A stretch of DNA of 64,000 nt from an uncultured Planctomycetaceae bacterium (GTDB lineage: Bacteria > Planctomycetota > Planctomycetia > Planctomycetales > Planctomycetaceae). Under the pieces are notes generated by a model that saw only the letters and a program-made list of their open reading frames with translations, was not told where the DNA came from and did not search any database. A program made the translations under genes and the position numbers. Where the stretch lies: positions 864,001 through 928,000 of the forward strand of contig CAWFGE010000013.1 of assembly GCA_963815195.1 (NCBI GenBank), given 5' to 3'. Below, in pieces: positions 1 through 9,885 of this stretch (within the stretch, counting starts at the first letter, position 1; every line of letters begins with the position of its first letter).

Positions 1-949
1 TGTCCGGTTCCGCCGCGAACAGCTCCACATGAAAGCCCTGGGGCGTCACGAAATGCTTGAGGGATTCTTCCGGCTGCAAAGGCTTTTGCATTTTCGAGAG
101 GGCTTCGCCTTGGACGCCCCAGCGTGCGCCGGGCGTGTAGTTGGGGATCTTGTTGCCGACGTCGATGTATTCAAACGGCTTCACGTCTTTCCGCATCGCC
201 GTCATTTCGGGGACGGGAAACGGCTGCTCGGCGAGATACGCAGGGACCGAAGTCGGATCGTCGCCCGCGGCCCAGCGAATGCCTCGCTCCAAGAGGTTCT
301 GAAAACCGGCGTTGCCCCAGGTCCGCTGATCGTGCCCCCAGGCGGTATAAAACACCCGGCCTTTGCCTTGGGTCCGCACCCAGGTCCAAGGCTCCCGGCC
401 TGCGCTGTCCACGCGGTAAGCCAAGACGGTGCGGTTTTTCTCGTTGTGCAGATGATGCACGTAAGTCTCATCCCAGCTTTCAAACCCGCCGAAGCCTTTC
501 ATGATCGGATGGTTCGGCTCGGCGATCTCCGTGCGGAAGGTTCCGGTGCCATGCTTTTGAAATTGTGCTCCCATCAAGGCCACGATCTCTTTCGAATTCC
601 GAAAGCAAAAGGTCGCACAATGCAGCGGCACAAACCCGCCGCCGGTCGCGACGTAATCGAGCAAAGCCTTTTCCTCCGGCGGATCGATTTTGTCGATGTT
701 CGCGTACAAGAGAAGCGCGTCGTACTTTTTGAGATTCTCCGTGTTCAGATCGATGACATCGTCACTATAAACCAGCTTGATGCCCCGCTTCGCGAGCACG
801 GGCTCGATCTGCACAAACCGCTCCCGCGGCTGATGATGCCCCTTGTCCCCCAGGAACAACACCTCGAGGTCCTTGGCGCTCGCGGTTTGAAACATTGACG
901 CGAACAGGACGGCCGTCAAAATCCAAGGATGGAACCGATTCGGAGACAT
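1..949 (-). CDS. ThuA-domain / PVC-type membrane-bound dehydrogenase protein, N-terminal part (runs off window start)
   Basis: Not in the ORF track. Manual translation from ATG 949 gives MSPNRFHPWILTAVLFASMFQTASAKDLEVLFLGDKGHHQP..GGFVPLHCA..WDETYVH..GKGRVFYTAWGHD..PEESLKHFVTPQGFHVELFAAEPD: signal peptide, ThuA-like domain, start of the PVC dehydrogenase domain. Confidence 0.85.
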   Translation of the reverse strand, partial: MSPNRFHPWILTAVLFASMFQTASAKDLEVLFLGDKGHHQPRERFVQIEPVLAKRGIKLVYSDDVIDLNTENLKKYDALLLYANIDKIDPPEEKALLDYVATGGGFVPLHCATFCFRNSKEIVALMGAQFQKHGTGTFRTEIAEPNHPIMKGFGGFESWDETYVHHLHNEKNRTVLAYRVDSAGREPWTWVRTQGKGRVFYTAWGHDQRTWGNAGFQNLLERGIRWAAGDDPTSVPAYLAEQPFPVPEMTAMRKDVKPFEYIDVGNKIPNYTPGARWGVQGEALSKMQKPLQPEESLKHFVTPQGFHVELFAAEPD

Positions 950-1036
950 AATGAAATTCCTTCAGGCGGCGAAGACTTCGAGTTGGACTTGCGAGAGTTT
1001 GGTTGATTTGATGTGTCGGGCAAACGGCCGGTTGTT

Positions 1037-2182
1037 TCAGGGCTTCGGCGTCGCCGCGGTTGGTTTTAAGAAATGCTCGAAGAACACATAGATCTGCTCG
1101 TTCGATTCCTCGGTCGGCGAATGGCCTTGGCGGTTGGTCATCGCCACGCGGTTTTCATATCCCAAGAAGCGATTGACGGCGACCGCGTGATTCAGGGCTT
1201 TCCAGCGCTCCGGCTGGTCTTCCGAACCCCCCGAGACCAACAACGGCCGCGGCGCCATGAGCGCGTGAAGCTCGTGCAAGTCGTGGCCGGCTTCGATCAT
1301 CTTTTTGTACGCCCCGGTGCGGGGATTTTTTGAGTTGGGGATGCCGGGCTGCCGGTCTTTTCCGCCCGGCTCAAATCCGAGATACCAGCGCTCCCAGTAG
1401 TTGACGTTGCCTCGCTTCTCATCGAATACGATCCCGCCGTCCGACCACGCGGCACAGGCGAACTTGTCGTAAAGGCACGAAGCGAACATCGCCCATTTCC
1501 CGCCGTAGGAATGCCCGACGATGCCGATCCGCTGCGGGTCCACCTGCTTGAGGTTCGCCAGGATCGCGTGGCAGGTCGCGGCTTCGTAGGCATGAAACGA
1601 GAGCGGCTGCAATCGGCAATGTTCTTTGTCCGGATAGTAAGTCTCCGGCGCGCTGCCCAGCGAAAGAGCGACGAAGCCGCGTTTGGCGAGGGCCAGCGCG
1701 AAATCGCGTCCCGCGGTTTTGCCGCGGCCGATGCCGGTGAGGGCGTCGTAATACACGACTACCACCGCGGGGAACGGCCCGTCGCCATCGGGGAGGAGCA
1801 GGTAAGCATCTTCGGTCTTCTTCCCGGGGGCGACCTCGATCCGCACGTGTTGCTGCGTGAGGTTCTCCCGCCGGTCTTCCTTTAAAACCTCGACCTGGGG
1901 GTTCTTCAAAAGCGGCGGCCAAACTCCCATCAACTCGTGCCATTTGTCGAGAATCTCGCGGCGTCGGCGCGGCCAGTCGGCGGGCGTTTTGACCGGCGTG
2001 CCATCGTAGAACCGAAGCGGCGACTTGTACGGCCCGAAGTCGCCCTCAAATCCCTGGGGCGGCTGAAAGAACGCCGCGAGCTTTTCAAATCCGGGTTCCG
2101 AGTTTTCCGTTCGAGGCGGATCGGCGGCCAAGGTTGACGCTGCCCAACCGCAGGCAATCGTGATACACAACAACTTTCGCAC
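1037..2182 (-). CDS. secreted alpha/beta hydrolase (esterase, dienelactone-hydrolase/acetylxylan-esterase-like)
   Basis: GHSYGG nucleophile elbow, HELHALMAPRP motif, signal peptide; GTG start at 2182 with G-rich RBS. Confidence 0.8.
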   Translation of the reverse strand: MRKLLCITIACGWAASTLAADPPRTENSEPGFEKLAAFFQPPQGFEGDFGPYKSPLRFYDGTPVKTPADWPRRRREILDKWHELMGVWPPLLKNPQVEVLKEDRRENLTQQHVRIEVAPGKKTEDAYLLLPDGDGPFPAVVVVYYDALTGIGRGKTAGRDFALALAKRGFVALSLGSAPETYYPDKEHCRLQPLSFHAYEAATCHAILANLKQVDPQRIGIVGHSYGGKWAMFASCLYDKFACAAWSDGGIVFDEKRGNVNYWERWYLGFEPGGKDRQPGIPNSKNPRTGAYKKMIEAGHDLHELHALMAPRPLLVSGGSEDQPERWKALNHAVAVNRFLGYENRVAMTNRQGHSPTEESNEQIYVFFEHFLKPTAATPKP

Positions 2183-2644
2183 TGCGTTCTCCCCCCGAAT
2201 CGTCGCCCAAAAATCGTCCGCTCTTTTGGACATCGATCATAACTCGCCCGCCCCCTTGATGAAAGCCGCCACGCGATTGGGCGGCCCGCCCCGTTCCTGC
2301 GGACTTTCACTCATCGCGTGATATAATTGTAAAGATCTCAAACTGCAGGTCGAAAGTGCAGGGGGGGTGGCTGGGGCGCAATGGAATGTTCCAAGGAAAA
2401 AGCAGATGTGAGGCCTGGGGCCGTGTGAGATTTTTCTCGCCGGGCCACAGCCCCAGCATTCGCAGTTCAAGCCTTATTCCAAAGGGGACTTGCGCCCCAG
2501 CCACCCAAACGCTTACAGTTTGAGCAAAGATTGAGGGCTTTCTGACGAATCACCTCAGAGACACGTGTGACAAGAACTCGATTGTTGCGTTATCATCGCG
2601 CAATCGTCTGTACGGGTGTTGGCCTTTTTGTGGAGATTTCCCAC

Positions 2645-2917
2645 GTGCAAAACGATCCTCGTGATCCAGAGATCTTGAAATCCGTCCCCGGCGAAGCGGA
2701 AGCCGCGGCCATTGTGTTGGCGCTCAAAGACCGGGGCATCGATGCGAGAACCACCGGAGGTTTCACCGCGGGTTTTCGCGCGGAAAGTCCCGGGCTGATC
2801 CAAGTGATCGTTCATGCCGCCGATCTCGACCGGGCGCGAAACGCTTTGGAGGAAATCGAAGGCGGGCCCTCCGAAGTGGATTGGCCCAATGTCGATGTGG
2901 GGCTGCCCGAAGACTAA
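2645..2917 (+). CDS. DUF2007-like small protein
   Basis: EAEAAAIVLALKDRGIDA..VIVHAADLDRARNAL pattern; GTG start inferred. Confidence 0.65.
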   Translation: MQNDPRDPEILKSVPGEAEAAAIVLALKDRGIDARTTGGFTAGFRAESPGLIQVIVHAADLDRARNALEEIEGGPSEVDWPNVDVGLPED

Positions 2918-3007
2918 AATCTCAACAAAAAACCGAAGACCGCCGCACGCGGCTGATGAGTCGTGTGTCTTGCGAGAATCGTTTTTTGATTTGACAAATG
3001 CACAAAG

Positions 3008-4065
3008 ATGGGAGCGAAGTACATCGTGAGTTCGGCCTATGATGCGGTGTTGGTGGTGGGGTTCGGCGGACCGGAGAAGCGCGAGGATGTGATTCCGTTC
3101 CTGGAAAACGTGCTCCGGGGGCGGAACGTTCCCCGCGAACGGATGTTGGAAGTCGCCGAGCATTATTACCATTTTGGCGGCGCGAGCCCCATCAATGCCC
3201 AGACGCGGGCGGTGATCGAGGCGCTCCGCGAGGAACTCGCCACACGCGGGATCCCGCTTCCCATCTACTGGGGCAATCGGAATTGGCACCCCCTGCTCGC
3301 CGACACCATGCGGCAACTCGCCGACGAAGGCAAGCGGCGGGTACTGGCGTTGGTGCTGGCGGCCTATAGCTCTTATTCGAGTTGCCGGCAATACCGGGAA
3401 GACATCGAGCGCGCCGGGAAGCGGTCGGCGAGTCCGCTCCCGAGGTCGATAAAATTCGCGTGTTCTTTAATCATCCCGACTTTATCGCGGCCAATGCGGA
3501 TCGGCTTTCCTTGGCTATGGCGAAATTGCCGAGCGCACAACGCGAGCGGGCGTTCGTCGTGTTGACCGCGCACAGCCTGCCTCGTTCGATGGCCGAGTCG
3601 TCCGCGTATGTGGCCCAGCTTGAGGAAACCTGCCGGTTGGTGGCGGAACAACTGGGCATCGCGCCCGACCGGTATCGGCTGGTCTATCAAAGCCGCAGCG
3701 GCCGGCCGCAAGATCCGTGGCTCGAGCCCGACGTTTGCGATTTTTTGCGGGAGCTCAAACCGCAAGGGATTTCCGATGTGCTCGTCATGCCGATCGGTTT
3801 TCTGTCCGATCACATGGAAGTCCTGTTCGATCTGGATGAGGAAGCCCGGCAGGTATGCGACGAGGAACACCTCCACATGATCCGCGTGGAGACGGTGGGG
3901 ACGCATCCGAAGTTCATCGGCATGCTCCGGGAGTTGATCGAAGAGCGGTCAAGCGATGACCCCGAACGCCGAGCGATCGGAAACTTCCCAGCGAACCCCG
4001 ATGTTTGCCCGATCGATTGCTGCCCCGCCCCCGTCCGGCCGGCGCGTCCTCCCTCAGCGAAGTAA
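3008..4065 (+). CDS. hemH: ferrochelatase (frameshift near 3415)
   Basis: YDAVLVVGFGGPE, YWGNRNWHP, YSSCRQY in the first frame; TAHSLP, YQSRSG, WLEPD, PIGFLSDHMEVLFDLD in the second frame. Confidence 0.93.
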
Positions 4066-4072
4066 TCCGGCG

Positions 4073-5473
4073 TCAAAGCGTTTTCAGATACTCCAACACC
4101 GCCCGCTTTTGGGGCTCCGCGAGAAGCGACGGATAGTCGTGGCCCGAGGCGCTTTTCCCGTGAGCGCGCGTGTCGAATACGGTCCGGCGTTCGGCAGCGG
4201 TGTTGGCGGAGTCGGGAACCTCGTCGAATGTCTCCACCTCCAAGCCCACGCGGCTTCGGTCGTAGCCGTTTTCGCTCCGCCGCCAAACGGCGGGGCGTTG
4301 TTCGGGATGCAGTACGTGCCAGAGCGTGGGCACCGATCCGTTGTGGAAATAAGGGGCCGAGGCCCAGACACCGTCCAAAGGAGGGGCGACGTAGCCCGCG
4401 GGGGAATCGTCCACCGGGTCTTTTCCATAACGGCTCATCCAGCCGGTTTTCACCCAGTGGAGATGCTCTTGGGTCAAGGCCCTCAGGCGAACGGGATCGG
4501 TGCCGACGTCCGCAATGGGCACCGTGCGTTCGGGGTAGGTCGGCTTTTCGCCGTAGCGGCCGTGGCATTTCGCGCAGCTCTGGTTGAAGATCCGCTCGCC
4601 GCTTTCGGCCAGGTCCCGGTCCACGTCCCAGCGCCACTTCGGCGGCTGGGCGGATTCAATCCACGACAGAACATCTTGAAAATCGGCTTCCCAACTCTCG
4701 ACAGTTTTGCGGTCGTTCACCGGCAGCAGCATGAACTGCATCAGCGGGCGGTGGGACTTGGCGATGTGGCCGTCGATATACAGCCGGGACTTCTTCTTCA
4801 CGTTCCAGAACGGCGGGGCGTCCATGTCGTGATGTTCCACGTCGGGCGTTTTTCGGTTCTTGAGCACGTTCATGTCGCGGTCGCGCTGATTGCCCAAGAG
4901 GATCCCGAAGATCACCGCGTTGGTCGTGCCGTTGGTCGAGCCGAGCGGAAACGTCAACGTGCCCAAATCGAGGTGGGTGAGTCTTTTCCGAAGGCGAATT
5001 TTTGTCAGGCGAATTTCCTCGGTGAGCGTTTCCAGAGCGAAATGCGAATTGGGCAGGCCGGGAATGACCTCCCCCGCGACTTTGCCGGCGTGACAGGCGA
5101 GGCAATTCATGACCCAGCCGCCTCGGCCGTCGTCCACATATCCCAAAGCCGGCCCCTTGCCGCGGGGTTTTTCGGGATCTTCCATCAGCCCGTATCGGGA
5201 AAATGCCATTCGCCTTCGCTCGGTGGCGGAGGCCTTCGCCGCGCGGGACTTGAGGGGTTCCGGCCACACGTGCCAAAGGTTGTCGAACGTCTCCTGATCG
5301 AAGTCGGCCGGCAAAAACGGCTTGGTTCGCAACACCCGGTAGCCGCGCTCCGCGGCGGTTTCGGCTTTGGAATCGCGTCCTTGATCATCGGCCGGCAACG
5401 CGTGCGCGACGAGCAAACCCGTTCCGATAAAAATCCCCCAAGCGACGAATCGCCACTTTTCCCTGCCGTCCAT
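4073..5473 (-). CDS. secreted di-heme c-type cytochrome, RoxA/MauG-like
   Basis: Signal peptide, CLACH and CAKCH heme motifs, APPLDGVWASAPYFHNGSVPTL motif. Confidence 0.8.
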   Translation of the reverse strand: MDGREKWRFVAWGIFIGTGLLVAHALPADDQGRDSKAETAAERGYRVLRTKPFLPADFDQETFDNLWHVWPEPLKSRAAKASATERRRMAFSRYGLMEDPEKPRGKGPALGYVDDGRGGWVMNCLACHAGKVAGEVIPGLPNSHFALETLTEEIRLTKIRLRKRLTHLDLGTLTFPLGSTNGTTNAVIFGILLGNQRDRDMNVLKNRKTPDVEHHDMDAPPFWNVKKKSRLYIDGHIAKSHRPLMQFMLLPVNDRKTVESWEADFQDVLSWIESAQPPKWRWDVDRDLAESGERIFNQSCAKCHGRYGEKPTYPERTVPIADVGTDPVRLRALTQEHLHWVKTGWMSRYGKDPVDDSPAGYVAPPLDGVWASAPYFHNGSVPTLWHVLHPEQRPAVWRRSENGYDRSRVGLEVETFDEVPDSANTAAERRTVFDTRAHGKSASGHDYPSLLAEPQKRAVLEYLKTL

Positions 5474-5727
5474 TTTTAATCCCTGCCGTTGCATGTTGCC
5501 TTGTCGCTCCTTGAATCCTGGTCCTCTCGAAAAACCCGGGCTCGCTCCAGTGTATTATAAACTTCGCGGGCAGAATCCGGCCATTCGAGAACCGCACAAG
5601 ACGCAAAATCGCTCGCGTCGGCACAAAACTCACTTCGTTTTGACCGGCTTTGGCGGCTTGAGGATTGATTTTTCGTATAGGTCGAGCATGATGGTTGAAG
5701 CCGCCATTTTTTCCGCGAGGGCCTCTG

Positions 5728-6645
5728 ATGCATGTGATCTCGATCTACAACAATAAAGGAGGAGAGGGAAAGTCCACCGTCACGGTGGGCCTGGCGGAAT
5801 TCCTGGCGGCCAATCGCCAAAAGACCGTCCTGGTGATCGATTTGGACGCCCAGGCCTCGAGCACGTGCGCGCTCATCGGCCATCAATCCTTGAATGCCTC
5901 CATCGAAACCCGCCAAACCCTCGTCGATCTCATGCAGGATCTTCGCCAGACGAAAAAACGGGTGGAGAATCTCCAACGGTTTCTGATCTGGCGTCCCGCG
6001 GCCGATGCGCGGGGCTCCGCCTTGGACGAAATCGCCCTGATGGTGCCCGACGGCGACCGCATGTTTGATGTGGAAGAGTCGATGGATCACCGGAAAGACC
6101 ACAACCTGTTTCGCAAATTCTTGAAGCCGGCCCTCGCCCAGTTCGATTATGTCTTGATCGACCTGCCCGCCAACATCACCCGGGCTTCGGTGTTCAGCAT
6201 CAACGGGCTCGCGATGAGCGATTTTGTGCTGATTCCCGTTCGGCCCAGCCGGATTTCCTTGAACGGCTTGCCGCGGACTTTTGAAATGATCGACTACGTA
6301 CGCAGGGTCAACGGCAACGGCCGGCCCGCTGTCTTGGGGCTCTTGAGAAACGCCACCGATCGCCGGTTCCAACAATACAAGGCCAACTTTCCCGCAATCG
6401 AAACCGCAGCCCAAGGCGGAGAAATGCCGCCGCTGCTCAAACATCTCTGGCCGCCCTCGCCCGCGCTCGAATCGGCGACCGACGACAATCGCCACGCCCG
6501 CACGCTCAAGGAACGCTTTGGTCCCGTGTACGAGCATTGCCGAAAGGTGGCGGCGGAACTCGACCAGCTTTGCAAATCCTACGAATTCCGCCAACCGGAA
6601 ACGCCGATTAAAAAAACTCTCTGGCAACGCCTGGGCTTGGCATAA
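5728..6645 (+). CDS. ParA/MinD-family ATPase
   Basis: Deviant Walker A KGGEGKST, VIDLDAQAS, DYVLIDLP. Confidence 0.88.
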   Translation: MHVISIYNNKGGEGKSTVTVGLAEFLAANRQKTVLVIDLDAQASSTCALIGHQSLNASIETRQTLVDLMQDLRQTKKRVENLQRFLIWRPAADARGSALDEIALMVPDGDRMFDVEESMDHRKDHNLFRKFLKPALAQFDYVLIDLPANITRASVFSINGLAMSDFVLIPVRPSRISLNGLPRTFEMIDYVRRVNGNGRPAVLGLLRNATDRRFQQYKANFPAIETAAQGGEMPPLLKHLWPPSPALESATDDNRHARTLKERFGPVYEHCRKVAAELDQLCKSYEFRQPETPIKKTLWQRLGLA

Positions 6646-6770
6646 GAACGTGTTTGAAACGAATTCGTCTGCAAACGTGAGCGGGACGGCGCTAGCCGCC
6701 GGCCTTGATTTTGTGACGATCGTTTCATCGAAACCGGAGGCTAGCCTACGCTCAGATTTCAAACACGTGC
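6646..6770. mobile_element. MITE-like element with an internal REP-like palindrome
   Basis: Terminal inverted repeats GAACGTGTTTGAAA (6646-6659) and TTTCAAACACGTGC (6757-6770), 13/14 match; TAA directly flanks both ends (6643-45, 6771-73). Confidence 0.7.
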
Positions 6771-6802
6771 TAAGCCGATCTCCATTGGGATCGCGGCGCG
6801 GG

Positions 6803-9148
6803 TCAGGGGATTTGCACGATGAAGCGTTGGCTGCCGATTTGGAATTCCCCGCCGCTGACGAGCTGCATCTCTTCGATTTGAATCCACACGCCGTTGCGGG
6901 AGTTGTAATTCTTGATCACCCAGCGGTTCTTGTCGTCGCGTTTGAGCACGGCGTGCAGCGGGCTGAGAAACGGATCGTCGAGCACCAGCAGGTCGCATTG
7001 CATGGGATCGCGGCCGATCGTCACCGGCGGACGGCCCAATCGAAGCGTTTTGCCGCGGCCTTTCTTGGTGATTTCCTGCAATTGATCGAATGGGGGCCCG
7101 CCCGCCTCGGACGGGCAGTTGCAGACGAGCTTATATCGGCGGCAGCCCAAAAGAAATTCCTGCCCATCCTCCAAAATCGCCCGCGACGCGCGGGCGAAGG
7201 TTCCGTTGGTGGTGTTTAGGTCCCGGATGAGAAGCTCGAACAGGCTGTCACCCGTCTGCTCGAGCCGGATTTCCGCATGGCGGCCGGAAATGCTTTTGTC
7301 GTGGCTGATGATCAAATCGCCCTCGTTGCGGCCGATCACAAAGCTCGGCTGCCGAATGCGGAACCATTCTCCCTCGCGGCCCGAACCGTCGTCCAAGACG
7401 CAGATCTTGATGACCGGCGGACGATTCGCCGGGCGGAAGAGCATCGCTTTGTCTCCCGGGCAAGGCGGATCAACCCCGGCCTCTGTGGCCAATTCCACAA
7501 AATCGCCCTCGGGCAGATCGTCGCTTATCGGAGACTTGTCGTCTGTCGGAACGTCTTCTGTGGCAGTGCCGCTCGCCGCGCCCGTGGGCGACCCCGCGGC
7601 GACGCGGTCGTCGGCTTTCGATTCGCCGGCGGGTTCCGATGGCTCGTCTTCGGAAAGGCCCTCTTTTGTGGGGGCCAAGTGAGCCGCGATTTCCAGCAGA
7701 TGGGAACTCCCCGCGCTGCCCGGAATCGGTCCGTCCGCCAGCCAGGCCGCCAAATCCTCTGCGTTGGCCGCGGGAACCTCGCCGGACGGTTCCGCGTCGG
7801 AGACCGCGACTCGTTTATCGATCCGCACGGCGGAATCCGCGTTGCTTGGTTCGGGGAAGTCCAAAGCGTTCTCCGAGTCCTCCGCTGAGGAATGGACCTG
7901 GGTGTCTTTCAACGCCTTTTCTCTTTCTCGGCGTTTGACCAGCCAGGGAGGAATCTCCTCGTCGTCCTCGTCGGAAGGCAGATCCGTGGCGCCGGACCTT
8001 TCCGCGGAGCCAGACTCCCCATCGACCGACTCGGGCCTGGCGGGATCGGCCACCGTGGGCGTGTTGATCGGGAGGGGTGTTTTTCCCGGGGCGAAGTCTT
8101 CCGGCTCCTCGAAAGGCCTTTCCCGAACGGGTGCGGGCAACAAGGCGGGCGAGGCCGGCAGGTATTCGGGCGGCACCTCGTCGAGAGGGCCCGCCGTGGC
8201 CGCCCCGCGGATCAATTGAATCGCCGCAATCATCTCGCGGGCGTCGGCGTAACGCTTTTCGCGCTCGGGCTGCAAAGCCTTCTGCACGACCGCGTCCCAC
8301 GCGGCGTCGATCCCGGGCTTGGCCTGCGAAGGCGGCGCAAACGCCCCGCGCGGCCGAGTCCCCGTCAGCATTTCATAAATCACAACCCCCACCGCGAACA
8401 GGTCGGCCCGGTGGTCCGCCTGCGTCGCATCTTCCGTTTGCTCGGGGGCCATGTACTCCGCGGTCCCGAGCGGCCCCCCCGCGTAGGTGAGCTGCTTACC
8501 GCCCGAGCGGTCCCCGGGCATCGCCGCGATTCCAAAATCCACCACCTTCACGCGGCCGTTGCGGTCGATCAACACGTTGGTCGGCTTGATGTCGCGGTGG
8601 ATCACGCCTTCTTCGTGAGCATATTGCAGCGAATGCAAAACCTGCAGAATGAGAAACCGCGTGCGGTCCACATCGAGTTCGCGGGCGCGAATGAGATCGT
8701 GCAGCGTCGTGGGGTCGCCCCGGTTGGGACCTTCCACATATTCCATAATGATGCAGCACAGGCCGTCGGGATTGGAGCGAAAATCGTGGATGCCGACAAT
8801 GCCCGGATGATGAAGCCGGCCCAGCGTGTAGGCTTCCCGCGTGAAGCGGGCCAGGAAATGCTCGCTGTGCGAGAGGTTTTGCGCGAGCACTTTGATTGCC
8901 ACTTTTCGGCCCAGCACAAGCTGCCGGGCTTCCCACACATCCCCCATCCCGCCCCGGCCGATGTGCCGGGTGATTTCAAATCCCTCAATCTTCGGGGCGG
9001 AGATTGACGCATCGTGGTCTTGGGTGGCCGCGGCTTTCGTTTCATCCCCGGACTCGGAAAGCGGCTCGTCGCAGACAGGACACCTTGGATTCTGGGCATC
9101 CAAGTCCTCGGGATCAAAGGTGGCATGACATTGGGGACAAGCGGGCAT
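6803..9148 (-). CDS. Ser/Thr protein kinase with N-terminal Zn ribbon and two C-terminal FHA domains
   Basis: CPQC..CPVC; GRGGMG, VAIK, HRDIKPTN, DFG, YMAPE; FHA motifs IGR..SGRHA..TTNGT and IGR..SPLHA..SRNG. Confidence 0.92.
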   Translation of the reverse strand: MPACPQCHATFDPEDLDAQNPRCPVCDEPLSESGDETKAAATQDHDASISAPKIEGFEITRHIGRGGMGDVWEARQLVLGRKVAIKVLAQNLSHSEHFLARFTREAYTLGRLHHPGIVGIHDFRSNPDGLCCIIMEYVEGPNRGDPTTLHDLIRARELDVDRTRFLILQVLHSLQYAHEEGVIHRDIKPTNVLIDRNGRVKVVDFGIAAMPGDRSGGKQLTYAGGPLGTAEYMAPEQTEDATQADHRADLFAVGVVIYEMLTGTRPRGAFAPPSQAKPGIDAAWDAVVQKALQPEREKRYADAREMIAAIQLIRGAATAGPLDEVPPEYLPASPALLPAPVRERPFEEPEDFAPGKTPLPINTPTVADPARPESVDGESGSAERSGATDLPSDEDDEEIPPWLVKRREREKALKDTQVHSSAEDSENALDFPEPSNADSAVRIDKRVAVSDAEPSGEVPAANAEDLAAWLADGPIPGSAGSSHLLEIAAHLAPTKEGLSEDEPSEPAGESKADDRVAAGSPTGAASGTATEDVPTDDKSPISDDLPEGDFVELATEAGVDPPCPGDKAMLFRPANRPPVIKICVLDDGSGREGEWFRIRQPSFVIGRNEGDLIISHDKSISGRHAEIRLEQTGDSLFELLIRDLNTTNGTFARASRAILEDGQEFLLGCRRYKLVCNCPSEAGGPPFDQLQEITKKGRGKTLRLGRPPVTIGRDPMQCDLLVLDDPFLSPLHAVLKRDDKNRWVIKNYNSRNGVWIQIEEMQLVSGGEFQIGSQRFIVQIP

Positions 9149-9457
9149 ACGGAAACGCGGTCACACAATTCTTGGAATAGAACTGAAACTTTAAGCGACG
9201 GGTCTTCCTTTGAAATCGTTTTCCTCGAAATCATGCTCCGTTTGAGAGGCCACATGGGGCAAAGGCCATAAAGTGTCTCTCCGCACTCCGCCAAAACGAA
9301 CCCCGATCCAGGCCCTTCGGAAAAGTTCTGGGTGATTTCCCCAACCAGCATACCAAGACCGCGGCACGTAACGAAAGGTCAGCACTGAAAAACCGGTTCT
9401 TCCGGATAATCCGGGGGAACGACGACGGTGTTAAAGGATTTCTCGTCCGCGCTTTTT

Positions 9458-9503
9458 CACCTCCCTTTGGGGAGGTCGGACGCGGTAGCGGCCGGGTGGG
9501 GGA
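9458..9503. repeat. REP-like palindrome (ACCTCCCTTTGGGGAGGTCGG..GGCCGGGTGGGG)
   Basis: Short GC-rich hairpin in intergenic DNA. Confidence 0.4.
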
Positions 9504-9530
9504 AGCGTCTGATGGGACGCGATCTTCGAC

Positions 9531-9663
9531 TTCAGTCGTTCCAAAAAAAGGCCTGAGCCGCGCACGAAGTGCGGTCTTGCGGTCTGAGTCCCTGAAACCG
9601 CTTACTTCGTGCGCGGCTCTTGAAAACCAAACCAATTTCCTGAGCTTTTTTGGAAGTACTGAA
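9531..9663. repeat. REP doublet (GAGCCGCGCACGAAG..CTTCGTGCGCGGCTC) inside an outer inverted repeat
   Basis: Inner palindrome 9555-9620 recurs at 50425-50490; outer arms TTCAGTCGTTCCAAAAAAAG and CTTTTTTGGAAGTACTGAA. Confidence 0.7.
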
Positions 9664-9885
9664 CTTGGCAAATGAACGTGCCACTCCGCCGAAACGTCAC
9701 GCCGGTAACCTCGTTCTCCCGTCGCTCGCAAAGCCCCACCGTTGATCATCACACAAAAAGATCATCAGCGTCCGCCCCGATTCGCCGGAAGAGCCAAAAA
9801 ACCGCCGCTCAACCGGCCGGTTCTCGCCATGCATTTGCCGCTTGAAAACCAGCGTTCCCACAACTTTTAGGCAGTCCTGAGGGCT

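Noticed and set aside
29..898. 289-aa plus-strand ORF
   Set aside because: Antisense shadow of the real minus-strand ThuA-domain gene
9668..9683. Sigma-54-like promoter TGGCACGTTCATTTGC on the minus strand
   Set aside because: GG-to-GC spacing is 11 rather than the required 10; worth rechecking only after polishing
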